DNA of 55,599 nucleotides, filler included, from Callorhinchus milii (taxonomy: Eukaryota), in the NCBI RefSeq assembly GCF_018977255.1. It is 2 parts of 2 records of this genome, joined end to end, with 100 filler letters (N's around TTAATTAATTAA, not from the genome) between each part and the next. Parts side by side here need not be neighbours in the genome. Positions count along the whole stretch, not along the records: positions 1 to 27,752 come from NW_024705687.1; positions 27,853 to 55,599 come from NW_024705688.1. One strand, 5' to 3'. Made by a program: the position numbers and the translations under genes. The notes below the pieces were generated by a model. The model was given only the letters and a program-made list of their open reading frames with translations, made no database searches and was not told the origin of the DNA. Positions 22,402 to 32,468 of this stretch are shown in pieces (the stretch's first letter is position 1; each line of letters begins with the position of its first letter).

Positions 22402-22884
22402 AACACAACGCATTCTCACTTTAATGTGCCTCTTACATTCGGGCACACTTTTCGCATAACGCGGAATGTGCCCGTAATAACACGAACGCGCCCATTGCAA
22501 CACGGAACGCTTCACGTTATAACGTAGAACACGCCTGTTAAAACACGAAACCCGCCCGTTATAACACGATCTGTGAGTAGTCGACAACAAACTACTTTCT
22601 TGAGCTGCAATGATACATTACTCGCAATGATAAAGTAACGTAACGGCATACCCTCAGTCATTGGTCTCGTCATCTCAAGGTGTATGAGTGCATTGTATCT
22701 CGCCAACCATTATTATTAGATTATTTATAGGAAAATTATTTTCGCTCAATACTTTTTTACTGAACGCTGAACTTTTAAGGAATGTATCTACAGCATTAAA
22801 TGAGGAATTACCGTAATGTGCAGGTAATCTTTCAGCAATGAGATGTTTTGCCCCAATATTAGTTTACACTGTGTGTGTATTTAA

Positions 22885-23045
22885 GCTTTAGGGAGGAAAA
22901 ATCTGAGAACCCAGAAGGAACTGATGCAGAACAGGGGTAGAACATGCAGACTCCATACAGCAGAGCACCCGAATCAGGAGTCGAACCCAGGCCCCCCTTC
23001 TCGCTTTGATGTACGAGTGTCACCGCTGCATCGCACGGCTGCCCG
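22885..23045 (-). mobile_element. V-SINE fragment, decayed
   Basis: Reverse complement of tggagtctgcatgttctacccc and a ggttcgactcc B box. Confidence 0.6.
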
Positions 23046-23102
23046 TGGTAACGGACTTAACAACAACATCGGCCTCGTGACGGCGCGGCTCTGAAGTCTT
23101 AC

Positions 23103-23239
23103 CTCGATGGTGACACCAGGATCTTGATGGCCACCAGGATGTTTCTTTTGTGATCAAGGCACTGGATCACCTGGCCTTGACCTCCTTCTCCAATCTTCTT
23201 CAGCACCTCATAGCGATAGCGGAGGTGCTCATGCCGGAA
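23103..23239 (-). CDS. DYRK4-like exon, subdomains I-II
   Basis: HEHLRYRYEVLKKIGEGGQGQVIQCLDHKRNILVAIK. Confidence 0.9.
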
Positions 23240-23430
23240 CTGCACAAAAGGTACAATCATTTAAAGTGAATATAATTAAAATCACAAAGTTTAAGAAGTG
23301 AAAATGTATATTCTTTGGGATATGCAAATTCCTTTGTCAAGGCGCTCTTCCCCCTCCAACCCAGATTAAATATATGCTGCCAAGCCTGGTGGTGTTCATT
23401 CAGACGGTGTCTCCCCGACAGACCTGTTCT

Positions 23431-23473
23431 TCACCTGAGGACGGCTGCTTGCGTTGTGGCCGAAACGTCGTGA
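23431..23473 (+). ncRNA. Minimal type I hammerhead ribozyme
   Basis: tcac-CTGAGGA-C-GGCTGC-TTGCGTT-GTGGCC-GAAAC-GTC-gtga. Confidence 0.88.
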
Positions 23474-23686
23474 GAATTATTTTATTATGTTTTATTTTTA
23501 TTATTTTATTATTTCCATTCTACGTGACTTTACCGAAAGAACCAAGAAGATGAAACAGCTTAACAGCCCATTGGATTTCCTGCAGTATAAATACTTCTGA
23601 TTCTACTGGGCACGTGTTAACAAACAGCTTCACAGCCCATCATTTCCTGCGTCATTCAGACGCTGTCTTTCTGACAGACCTGTTCT

Positions 23687-23729
23687 TCACCTGAGGACGG
23701 CTGCTTGCGTTGTGGCTGAAACGTCGTGA
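23687..23729 (+). ncRNA. Minimal type I hammerhead ribozyme (G-U closing stem II)
   Basis: tcac-CTGAGGA-C-GGCTGC-TTGCGTT-GTGGCT-GAAAC-GTC-gtga. Confidence 0.8.
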
Positions 23730-23880
23730 GAATTGTATTTTATTATGTTTTATTTGTATTATTTTATTATGTTTATTTTTATTATTTTATTATGTTTTAT
23801 TTTTATTATTTTATTATGTTGTATTTTTATTATTTTATTATTTCCATTCTACGTGACTTTACCGAAATAACCAAGAAGAT

Positions 23881-24655
23881 CTTTCGGTAAAGTCACGTAC
23901 ATAGATTGAAAGAATATAACTAAAAACTAAAAACAATCAAAGGGTTGCCGGGTGAAAATTATCATGTTAATGACAGATTAGTATGTTACTGGAATATCGC
24001 AGAGCCACAACCGAGGGGTCGGCACGCAAAGTGGCTGTGTTAGTATGAAAGCGCAAGTTTGAAATGGGCAAAAGCACAACTATCATCAGTAGGTGGTAGG
24101 ATGGGAAGATCATAGCCAGTTATGACTTAAACTGGTTGATAACGTCCTTCCAATGATTACTCAGTTTGTACCCATCTTCTCGGTTTAAATTGTGTCTGTG
24201 TCGATAAAAATGGATGGCTTCATGAATGAATCTTTGTTGATAGCCAGTGGGCTTGCAAAGTACCTTCGTCTTAGAGAAATACATTTCATGTGAGCCCACT
24301 GCATTAAAACAATGATCAGCCACGGCTGAGGTATTGGTCCTACCGTGTTTCAGATCCTACCTAGTTTCGGATCTGCCTTATGTTCACGAACATAAGGCAG
24401 ATCTGAAACTGTCGGGTTGGCTGCCCACCACTTGCATTAATATTGGCTGCTGACATTTGGGCTATGCCCATTTCAAACCCTAATAAACAGTTTGCCTTTG
24501 GAAGCTAACCCCCATTTTCCTGAAGTCGACCGATTTTGTTGCGATTGAAACGTAGTAGTTTTAGTTTTTATTTTCTTTGAACCTATCTACGTGACTTTAC
24601 CGAAAGACCCAAAAATATGAATTCCTGCAGTCACGAAAGCTTTAAGTCAAGATTT
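23881..24655. mobile_element. Penelope-like element remnant: GIY-YIG C-terminus (minus, 24385-24120) with inverted pLTRs
   Basis: KHGRTNTSAVADHC..TKVL..QRFIHEAI..NLNREDGYKLSNHWK is typical of the PLE endonuclease tail; degenerate hammerhead near 24517-24557. Confidence 0.85.
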
Positions 24656-24936
24656 AAGTGAGAATGTAATTTTCTAATATATTTTCTGTAATGATTACGT
24701 TTTTTAAATCTGTCATTGTGGAATGTTCTGATGTCTGCTGGCTCAGTCACCCTTCAAAATAGAGCTTCTTAGCTCAATGGGATTTACTCGCGATAAAAAC
24801 ATTTTGATTCTGAAGTGCATTGGTGTGTGTGATAGCCCTGGTTGGTACTTCAGGTGCAATGACAAGAAGCCACAAACCACGCTACCGATGGGCCCTGTGA
24901 CCGCCCCCACAGCTGGTGTTTTGTTGCGAGCCTCAC

Positions 24937-25085
24937 CAGAATGTAATTTCGTTCGTAGTCGTCGTATCCATCATTGTTGAATCCCTGAGATTTGTTGAAC
25001 AGTGCAAAGTACCACACTTCCTACATGGCTGCGAGTTCTAGCTTCTCACGGTTGGTCAAGTGAGCGCCAAAGAGAGCCATGATTT
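24937..25085 (-). CDS. DYRK4-like exon with NAPA region and DH box (contains TAG)
   Basis: IMALFGAHLTNREKLELAAM*EVWYFALFNKSQGFNNDGYDDYERNYIL. Confidence 0.8.
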
Positions 25086-25394
25086 CTGCAGACATGAGAA
25101 TAACAACATCTGTGTGATCCCAAAGTTGAGCAATTTGTAGGAAAATATTACAGGATTGGGATGTTTTGGCCAATACCAGTTATGTCTGTATGTATGTTGA
25201 ACTTCTTTTGCACCGTACGTAGGCAATGGTGCCAAATGGATACGCGGGGGAAGGAAAATTATTCTAAACATGAAAAGTTCTAAAGAAAGTAGTTTTCAAT
25301 CTAGATGATTTAAAAGTGTATAGCTCCATTGGCTTCCTAATATCGGAAGTGCATCTGAAAGCGTGTGATGTGCTGAGGCCAGAGCACAGATAAT

Positions 25395-25625
25395 CATCCC
25401 CATGCAACATGGCCACCATGATGCAGTCCCCCATGCAACATGGCTACCATTAAGTCCCGCATGCAACACTGCCAACATGAAGTCCCTCATGCAACGTGGC
25501 CACCTGGATATCACCCATGCATCATGGCCGCTATGAAATCTCCAATGCATCACGGTCACTGTGACATCCACCATGCAACATGACCATTGTGATGTTCCAC
25601 CATTCACCATGGCCCTCTGTGACGT
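25395..25625. repeat. Diverged minisatellite, about 31-bp unit
   Basis: Recurring ccccatgcaacatggccaccat. Confidence 0.8.
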
Positions 25626-25644
25626 CCCTCATTACTGTTCTTAC

Positions 25645-25747
25645 CTTGCGGTGATTTGCTGCAGATGGAGGCGGTGCCCTCTGAGGACAGCGCACTCCAT
25701 GTGGTGCAAGATTCACCCTTACTCCTCGCCTCTCCAGCTCGGCTCAT
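25645..25747 (-). CDS. DYRK4-like N-terminal exon (MSRAGE..SKSPQ)
   Basis: AG/GTAAG boundaries; phase 1 joins the next exon as SPQEIMALF. Confidence 0.55.
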
Positions 25748-26679
25748 CTACACACACACACAAAGACAAAGGTCCACCATGTAAACTTTAGCAAGATGTT
25801 GGGGAAAGTGCAGGAGGTGAGCACTGAGCCAGGATCTCTGAGATCCTGGGCTCCACAATCAGGAGGGTCCTGCCAAGATGTTGTGTCAGTTCTCAGCGTT
25901 GGGATATTTGGCCAATATCTGATGTCACACTTGGATTTACAATGAGACACGTGTGGATTTAGAGGACACACGCAGGTTAATGGCATCCTTCAAACTGTTA
26001 AGAGAAGAGGGGCTGGGCCAGGACATGCCACGGCCAGGAGGAACAACGATGGCCGATGGTCAAGAAGAATAACGGAGCTGCAGCCAAGTATCGGAACACG
26101 TTTGAGAGGACAGCTTCCAGAGAGATGGAGCGACAAAATCGGTGCTTGGTGGATTATGCCAGGATCATGAGGGGTAGCAGGAACTCAGGGAAGGAGGCCT
26201 TCATCCAGTAGTGGATAGATACAAGTACTGTAGATTATTCACGTGTAGACAGGCAGGTACACAGACAGGATCTCAGGGGAGATACTCTGATAGATGCACA
26301 CACACTCAGGCAGGCAAGTAGATGCACACTCAGGTATATGGATAGGCGACAGGTAGCCACACGCAGAGTGGAGAGCACACGTCCATCCATACTTCACCAC
26401 ACGAGTCGAAGAGCCACACGTACCTCCATGGCAGCAACTTGCAGAGCAGGGTGCACAGAACTCACAGCGTCTCTCGCACAGTCCGGGTCTCTGCGTGCGG
26501 AGCAGGAGACGAAGGCGAGGATCACAAAGAGTCGAGGGGGCATGAGGGCTCCCAGATCTCAACACGAGTCACAACGCGGGCTTACATCCTCACCATGAAC
26601 CCACATCATCAACACAGACTCACATCATCACCACTCACTCACAACACGAAATACAAAAACAACAACAACAACCGACATT

Positions 26680-27236
26680 CGCCACTAAGTAGGGGTGATG
26701 ACACCACGGCGTCTGTACCGGGCCAGGTGCACTTTTAGTCCACGTGAAGTGTCGAAGGCTGACGACGTCACGGGATAGACCCAGGTTCCAAAGGTTGGCT
26801 GAGATGACTGGCAGATACACCAGCTGTATCCCCAACTGTGCCAACTTGTTGAATTTTATCCGCTACTCGCTGTGAGCGTCACTCCTCTGTCCTCAGTTGT
26901 TGTTGGAAGGCGACTGCCTCCTACTGCCCGTGGGATCCTTCACGAGCTTCCTCGTGAAGGATGCTATCCACACCGCTGATACCAGTCTTCTGCAAGTCCA
27001 CTCAGCTCCACATCCTCCCATACAGCATCAGTCCATATTTTGACAGCCCATGTCGTGCCCGTTTAGCCCCCTTTATGCAACCAAAAGAAACTGCTTGGGT
27101 ATGCGGTCTACAAGACCCAGCCAATGCAGCCTTGCCTGCCGGAGGAGCTTACTGGTGGGAATGTCTCCAGATCGTTCAAGTATTTGTGAGCCCCTCACAC
27201 AATCCAGCCTGGTTAAACCCAGGATGGATCGTACAA
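26680..27236 (-). mobile_element. RTE-clade LINE 3' fragment
   Basis: RSILGLTRLDCV..LRQARLHWLG..RIPKQFL..WTDAVWEDV. Confidence 0.7.
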
Positions 27237-27637
27237 TCAACAACACCACCATCAACACCATCAACACCAACACCACCACCACCAACACCACCACCACCAC
27301 CAACAAGACTATCACCACCATCAACACCATAACCAAAAACATCACCAATACCACCCCCATCAACATCACCTCCATCAACACCACTAACACCACCACAACC
27401 AACACCACCACCAAGACCACCACCACCAACACGACCACCAACAACACCACAATCAACAACACCACCATCAACACCACCAACACCAAGAATACCACCACCA
27501 TCAACACCACCAACACCAACACCACCACCAACACCACCAACACAAAGACCACCAACACCACCATCAACAACACCACCATCAACACCACCATCAACACCAC
27601 CAACACCACCACCAACACCACCACCATCACAAACAAC
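27237..27637. repeat. (ACC/AAC)n trinucleotide low-complexity tract
   Basis: Direct inspection. Confidence 0.95.
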
Positions 27638-27750
27638 CAGAGGTGGGACAAAGTCATTGTTATGCAAGTCCAAGTCGAGTCTGAAGTCATCAAATTCATG
27701 ACTCGAGTCTGACTCGAGTCCAAGTCACATGACTCGAGTCCACACCTCTG
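27638..27750. mobile_element. hAT-like MITE
   Basis: TIR CAGAGGTG/CACCTCTG; three subterminal GACTCGAGTC palindromes. Confidence 0.7.
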
Positions 27751-27752
27751 CA

Positions 27753-27852
27753 NNNNNNNNNNNNNNNNNNNNNNNNNNNNNNNNNNNNNNNNNNNNTTAA
27801 TTAATTAANNNNNNNNNNNNNNNNNNNNNNNNNNNNNNNNNNNNNNNNNNNN
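27753..27852. other. Artificial contig linker
   Basis: 44 N + TTAATTAATTAA (stops in all six frames) + 44 N, exactly 100 nt. Confidence 0.98.
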
Positions 27853-27859
27853 CGGATCC

Positions 27860-28410
27860 TTCTCAGGTTGTGACTAGTGGAGCGCCACAAGGATCAGTGT
27901 TTGGGGGTTCAATGTAGATTCACTGGGTTGGTTCCTGGGTTGAGGGGTTTGAGCTACGAGGGGAGGTTGAATAAACGATGCCTATATTCTCTAGAATATA
28001 GAAGAATTAGAGGTGATCTTATAGAAACCTATAAGGTGCTTAAGATCTTAACAGGGTAGATAGTGTGAGACTGTTTCCCTGGTTGGAAAATCTAAAACTA
28101 GGGGGTCGTAGTCTTAAGATTAAGGGTCAGCCTTCTCAAACAGAGTTGAGGAAACATCTCTTCACTCAGAGGCCAGAGAATTTATGGAATTCCCTACCCC
28201 AGAGGCTGTGGATACTCAGTCAGTCCTTGAACATATTCGAGACTGAGGTTGATAGATTTCTATAAGATAGAGGGAATTAAGGGATATGGGGATAAGATGG
28301 GCAGATAAATTAATAGGTTAGTAGATCAGCCATGATCTTATTAAATGGAAGGGCACAGGCTTGAGGGGCTGAATGGCCTACTCCTGCTCCTATTTCTTAT
28401 GTTCCTATGT
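27860..28410 (+). mobile_element. CR1 LINE 3' end, internally deleted
   Basis: VTSGAPQGSV; GLSYEGRL..YSLEYRRIRGDLIETYK; gggctgaatggcctactcctgctcctat tail. Confidence 0.9.
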
Positions 28411-28917
28411 ACAGCGCTTCCTTCTCTCTGCCTCCCTCACGCACACAGTCAGCACAGTCACTACACTTTACATCCTGTGATGCCTTTGGAGACGTCTTGA
28501 CGACGTGATAAGTCGCTGGATCAAACGTGAGGATTATTATTGATCAAAATGATTTCCTTCCCAGGTCTTCGAAGAACTACAGAGGTTGGGGAGCAAGCCC
28601 CAGGATAATGGTGCTGTAGTGAACAGCAGGTGAGAAGGAAAGTCTGGCCCCAATATTGGGAAGAGAAGTGGGGAGGGTCTCCCAGTGTCCTGGTCAGGAT
28701 TCCTCCTTGATTAAATTCACTCCCCCACAAAATATAGTCACTACACTTTACAAGACATTCTGTGAAGCGCTTTGAGACATCTCGAAGATGAAGTGAAAGA
28801 CTGATTTTATCTGGGGATTGTCGGGAGGTAGAGAGAAACTGCCTTCTCTTTTCTGTGAGAGATCATTAACATCTGCTTTAACAGGACTATAATCCAACGC
28901 AAAAAAAATGCAAGGAT

Positions 28918-29417
28918 TATCACCCCAGCCCTCGCGAGGCTCCACTGCTCCCTATCACCCCCACTAAACCCCGTCCCCCATCACCCAGCCCTCGCCAGGC
29001 TCCACTGCTCCCTATCACACACCCTAAACCCCGTCCCCCATCACCCAGCCCTCGCCAGGCCCCACTGCTCCCTATCACCCCCTAACCCCCCCCATCACCC
29101 AGCCCTCACCAGCCCCACTGCTCCCCATCACACCCTAACCCCGTCCCCATCACCCAGCCCTCGCCAGGCTCCACTGCTCCCTATCACACCCACTAAACCC
29201 CGTCCCCCATCACCCAGCCCTCGCCAGGCCCCACTGCTCCCTATCACCCCCACTAAACCCCGTCCCCCATCACCCAGCCCTCGCCAGGCTCCACTGCTCC
29301 CTATCACCCCACTAAACCCCGTCCCCCATCACCCAGCCCTCGCCAGGCTCCACTGCTCCCTATCCCCCCCCCCCCCCCCCAGCCCTCGCCACCCCACTGC
29401 TCCCTATCACACCCCTA

Positions 29418-29456
<39 letters not shown>

Positions 29457-29474
29457 ATCACCCAGCCCTCGCCA

Positions 29475-29513
<39 letters not shown>

Positions 29514-29526
29514 ACTGCTCCCTATC

Positions 29527-29581
<55 letters not shown>

Positions 29582-29708
29582 TGCCCCCATCACACCCCCT
29601 AAACCCTGTCCCCATCACTCAGCCCTCGCCAGGCTCCACTGCTCCCTATCACCCCCACTAAACCCCGTCCCCCATCACCCAGCCCTCGCCAGGCCCCACT
29701 GCTCCCTA
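28918..29708. repeat. About 58-bp C-rich minisatellite
   Basis: Unit atcacccagccctcgccaggctccactgctccctatcacccccactaaaccccgtcccc. Confidence 0.92.
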
Positions 29709-29716
29709 ACACCAAA

Positions 29717-30042
29717 TGGAGTCCTGTAGCTCAGTGGTTAGAGCACTCGCTTTGCAAGTGAGAGACCTGAGTTCAATTCCAGGCAGAGGGCGAAACCTTG
29801 GGCAAGTTTCCTTACTCCACACAGAGCCTAATAATAATCCCTCCAAAACCAAAAACAATAATAAATTGGTCATTTACAATCTACGACTGTTTGTGGGACA
29901 TTGCTGTGCGCAATTGGCTGCCGCGTTCGCCCACAAATATACAGTCAATTCACTTTACAGTGTGTTCTGTGAAGCGCTTTGGGACGTCCTCTCCCGACGT
30001 GAAAAGCGCTATATCAAATGCAAGGATTATTATTATTATTAT
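29717..30042 (+). mobile_element. tRNA-derived SINE with Deu-like domain and (TTA)n tail
   Basis: A box tagctcagtgg, B box gttcaattcc, gtttgtgggac..gctgtgcgcaattggctgcc. Confidence 0.9.
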
Positions 30043-30107
30043 AAATGGATCGATTTCAAGATCCTCACATTCCTCTTCAAATCCCTTCACTCCCCGTCAC
30101 CTCCCAA

Positions 30108-30422
30108 TCTCGTCTTATCACGTCTCAAAGCGCTTCACAGGATATACCGTAAAGTGTAGTGACTGTATATTTTGTGGGAGAAAAGTGGCAGCCAATTGCA
30201 CACGCGCAGCGTCCCACAAACCGCCGTGGGTTGAGTGACCACGTTTTGTTTTTCAAAGGATTATTATCCCCGGAAAAGCTATCGACTAACAACCGGGTTC
30301 CTACTTCCTGCTGGTAAAGGGAGAGGAGTAAGGAAACTTGCCTAAGGTTTTGTTCTGCCGGGAATCGAACCCGGGTCCTCTCGCTTGCGAGGCGAGGGCT
30401 CTAACCCCTGAGCTACAGGACT
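30108..30422 (-). mobile_element. Related SINE, minus strand
   Basis: Reverse-complement homology to the 29717 SINE. Confidence 0.85.
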
Positions 30423-30479
30423 GCACAGGATTTGCCTGGAACGCTCTCTAAGCTGTGACCTTTGCCCTGTGTCTGGCAG

Positions 30480-30600
30480 CACGGTGGGTGACCTGTCGGA
30501 GGCGCTGAAGAAGGCGACGCGAGTGTCACACGAGCGGGCGGAGAACACGGACTTCATGAGCAACTTCCAGAAAGGCCAAGTGACACTGGAGCAGTTTAAG
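30480..30600 (+). CDS. HMOX1: Heme oxygenase 1, exon 2
   Basis: [31 protein letters not shown] includes the heme-ligand His; AG/GTAAG; 121 nt. Confidence 0.95.
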
Positions 30601-30630
30601 GTAAGATTCCCCACCCCCCCACCCCCCCCC

Positions 30631-30677
<47 letters not shown>

Positions 30678-30825
30678 GGAGGGACACGTCCTCCTTACCT
30701 TAATTCTGGAGAGTATTAGGCATCGGTGGGAGGTAAACTGGAAGGACCTCGTCTTCGCTTTGTTCAAAATTTCCTTCTGTTCTTATAGTCAATGCGTTCC
30801 CTGCATCAAAAAAGTCACTACATTT

Positions 30826-31188
30826 ATTATAATAATAATAATAATAATAATCCTGGCATTTGATACAGCGCCTTATCACATCATTGAGACGTCTCAAAAC
30901 GCTTCACATCATACTGTGAACTGTAGTGACTGTGTATTTTGTCGGCGAAACACGGTAGTCAATTGCGCATAGTGACGTCCCCACATATAGTCGGGGATTC
31001 AGTGACCAGATTATTACCCCCGGAAAGTGATCCCCTGATCGACTAACAACCGATTGTTACTGACTGACTGACTGCTGGGAAACAGAGACGTGTGTGTGTA
31101 ATAAGGAAACTTGCTAAGGTTTTGCCCCGACCTGTCAGGTCCTCGCGCTCGCGAGGCGAGTGCTCTAACCACTACACGACAGCACTCC
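30826..31188 (-). mobile_element. SINE in HMOX1 intron
   Basis: Same family; (TAA)n at left end. Confidence 0.85.
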
Positions 31189-31211
31189 ACTCATACTTTG
31201 TGTGTGTGTCT

Positions 31212-31246
<35 letters not shown>

Positions 31247-31256
31247 TCTCTGACAG

Positions 31257-31748
31257 CTGCTGCTGGAGTCCCTGTACTGTATCTACGTGGCGCTGGAGGA
31301 GGAGATGGAGAGGAACAGAGAGCACTCGGCCCTCTCGGCCCTGTACTTCCCGGGGGAGTTACACCGAGTGTCGGCGCTGGAGGCCGACCTGCAATACCTG
31401 CACGGTGAGGGCTGGCGCGAGGCCCTGCGCTGCCCACCGGCCACCAGCGAGTACGTCAGGCGCCTGCGCCATGTGGGGAGTGAGCAGCCAGAGCTCCTGG
31501 GGGCCCACGCCTACACACGCTACATGGGGGACCTGTCGGGGGGACAGGTGCTCAGGAAATTGGCCCAGAAAGCCTTGGGCCTCCCCGCCTCAGGCCGGGG
31601 CACGGCCTTCTTTACCTTCCCCAACATCAGCAGCTCCAACGGCTTCAAACAGCTTTACCGCTCGCGCCTCGACTCCCTGGAGCTCAGCCAACAAACACGG
31701 CTCCAAATCCTGGACGAGGCCAATCGGGCCTTTCAACTCAACGTGGAG
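31257..31748 (+). CDS. HMOX1: Heme oxygenase 1, exon 3
   Basis: LYFPGELHR, AHAYTRYMGDLSGGQVL, FKQLYRSR, AFQLN; 492 nt. Confidence 0.97.
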
Positions 31749-32362
31749 GTCAGTACAGCCGCTCTCTGTCTGTCTGTCTCTCTGTCTGTCTGTGTCTCTC
31801 ACACCCACATCCACGCACAGAGAGTACTCTGTCTGTCTGTGTGCGTCTCTATCAGTGTCTCCTTCTCACACACACACACAGCCACAACCTGCTCCATTCC
31901 CACACCCGTCCCACCCCACCATTAACAGTTGTTGGCCCTTCAGTCTCTCTGCCCCCACTGTCTGGAACTTCATCTCACAGTCCTTTCACCTCATCTGCTT
32001 GGGACATCCTCCTGACATAAAAGGCACTGGGGAGTTTGTTGTTCTTGAGGTACAGGTCAGACATGATCTAATAGGCCTTTACACAGGTCTTTCCTGCAGG
32101 AGGACGGCCCAAGTCACTGGACAGACTAGGTTGGGCAACTGAGCTGGGGATGTGAGGCAACAGGGATTTGGGGAGTGGAGGGTAGAGGGACGATGACCGA
32201 AAGCGTGGTCAAAGAGGAAGCTGGGGTGTGACAATGTGGGGACGGGGAGGTTGGACATGAAATGGGCTCTAGCGCAGCCAGCCAAACCCGGACACTCTCC
32301 GTTCCGGTCGGGTGTAGTGACTGTTTTTTCCGCAGCCGTTGATAGTTTTTCCCGTTTCCCAG

Positions 32363-32468
32363 GTGTTTGAGGATCTGCAGCGACTGGGGCCGAGCGCACT
32401 GCGGAACGGGAGCTCAGTCCCTGAGGGGGGAGCGGAGATTCGGCAACGGACGGTCAAAAGGCCCCTCG
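32363..32468 (+). CDS. HMOX1: Heme oxygenase 1, exon 4
   Basis: VFEDLQ..IRQR; ccag acceptor and gtaat donor, phase consistent. Confidence 0.85.

Larger units (their letters stand above)
23395..23880 (+). mobile_element. Tandem direct Penelope-like pLTRs
   Basis: Two copies of cattcagac..acagacctgttcttcacctgagg...cgtgactttaccgaaa. Confidence 0.85.
16445..25747 (-). pseudogene. DYRK4-like CMGC kinase gene or recent pseudogene; at least 9 coding exons; possible ATG exon ending at 26424
   Basis: Phase-consistent GT-AG exons: 25747-25645, 25085-24937, 23239-23103, 21788-21642, 20354-20216, 18419-18338, 18097-17925, 17069-17009, 16562-16445. Exon breaks fall where I recall them in vertebrate DYRK4; in-frame TAG at 25023-25021. 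Confidence 0.85.

Noticed and set aside
25021..25023. Recoded stop (selenocysteine or pyrrolysine) in the kinase
   Set aside because: The codon is TAG in a vertebrate gene and no recoding signal is evident
27050..27723. Mucin-like Thr/Asn ORF
   Set aside because: Trinucleotide tract open in several frames, flanked by RTE and MITE sequence
29365..29582. Long pure poly-C runs as a biological feature
   Set aside because: They replace parts of minisatellite units in register, typical of consensus or base-calling failure; the same applies to 52935-52978
29717..29790. SINE heads as tRNA genes
   Set aside because: They continue into the SINE body and (TTA)n tail and lack a proper acceptor stem
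27853..30479. HMOX1 exon 1
   Set aside because: The expected very short coding exon could not be located with confidence; it may lie beyond the linker
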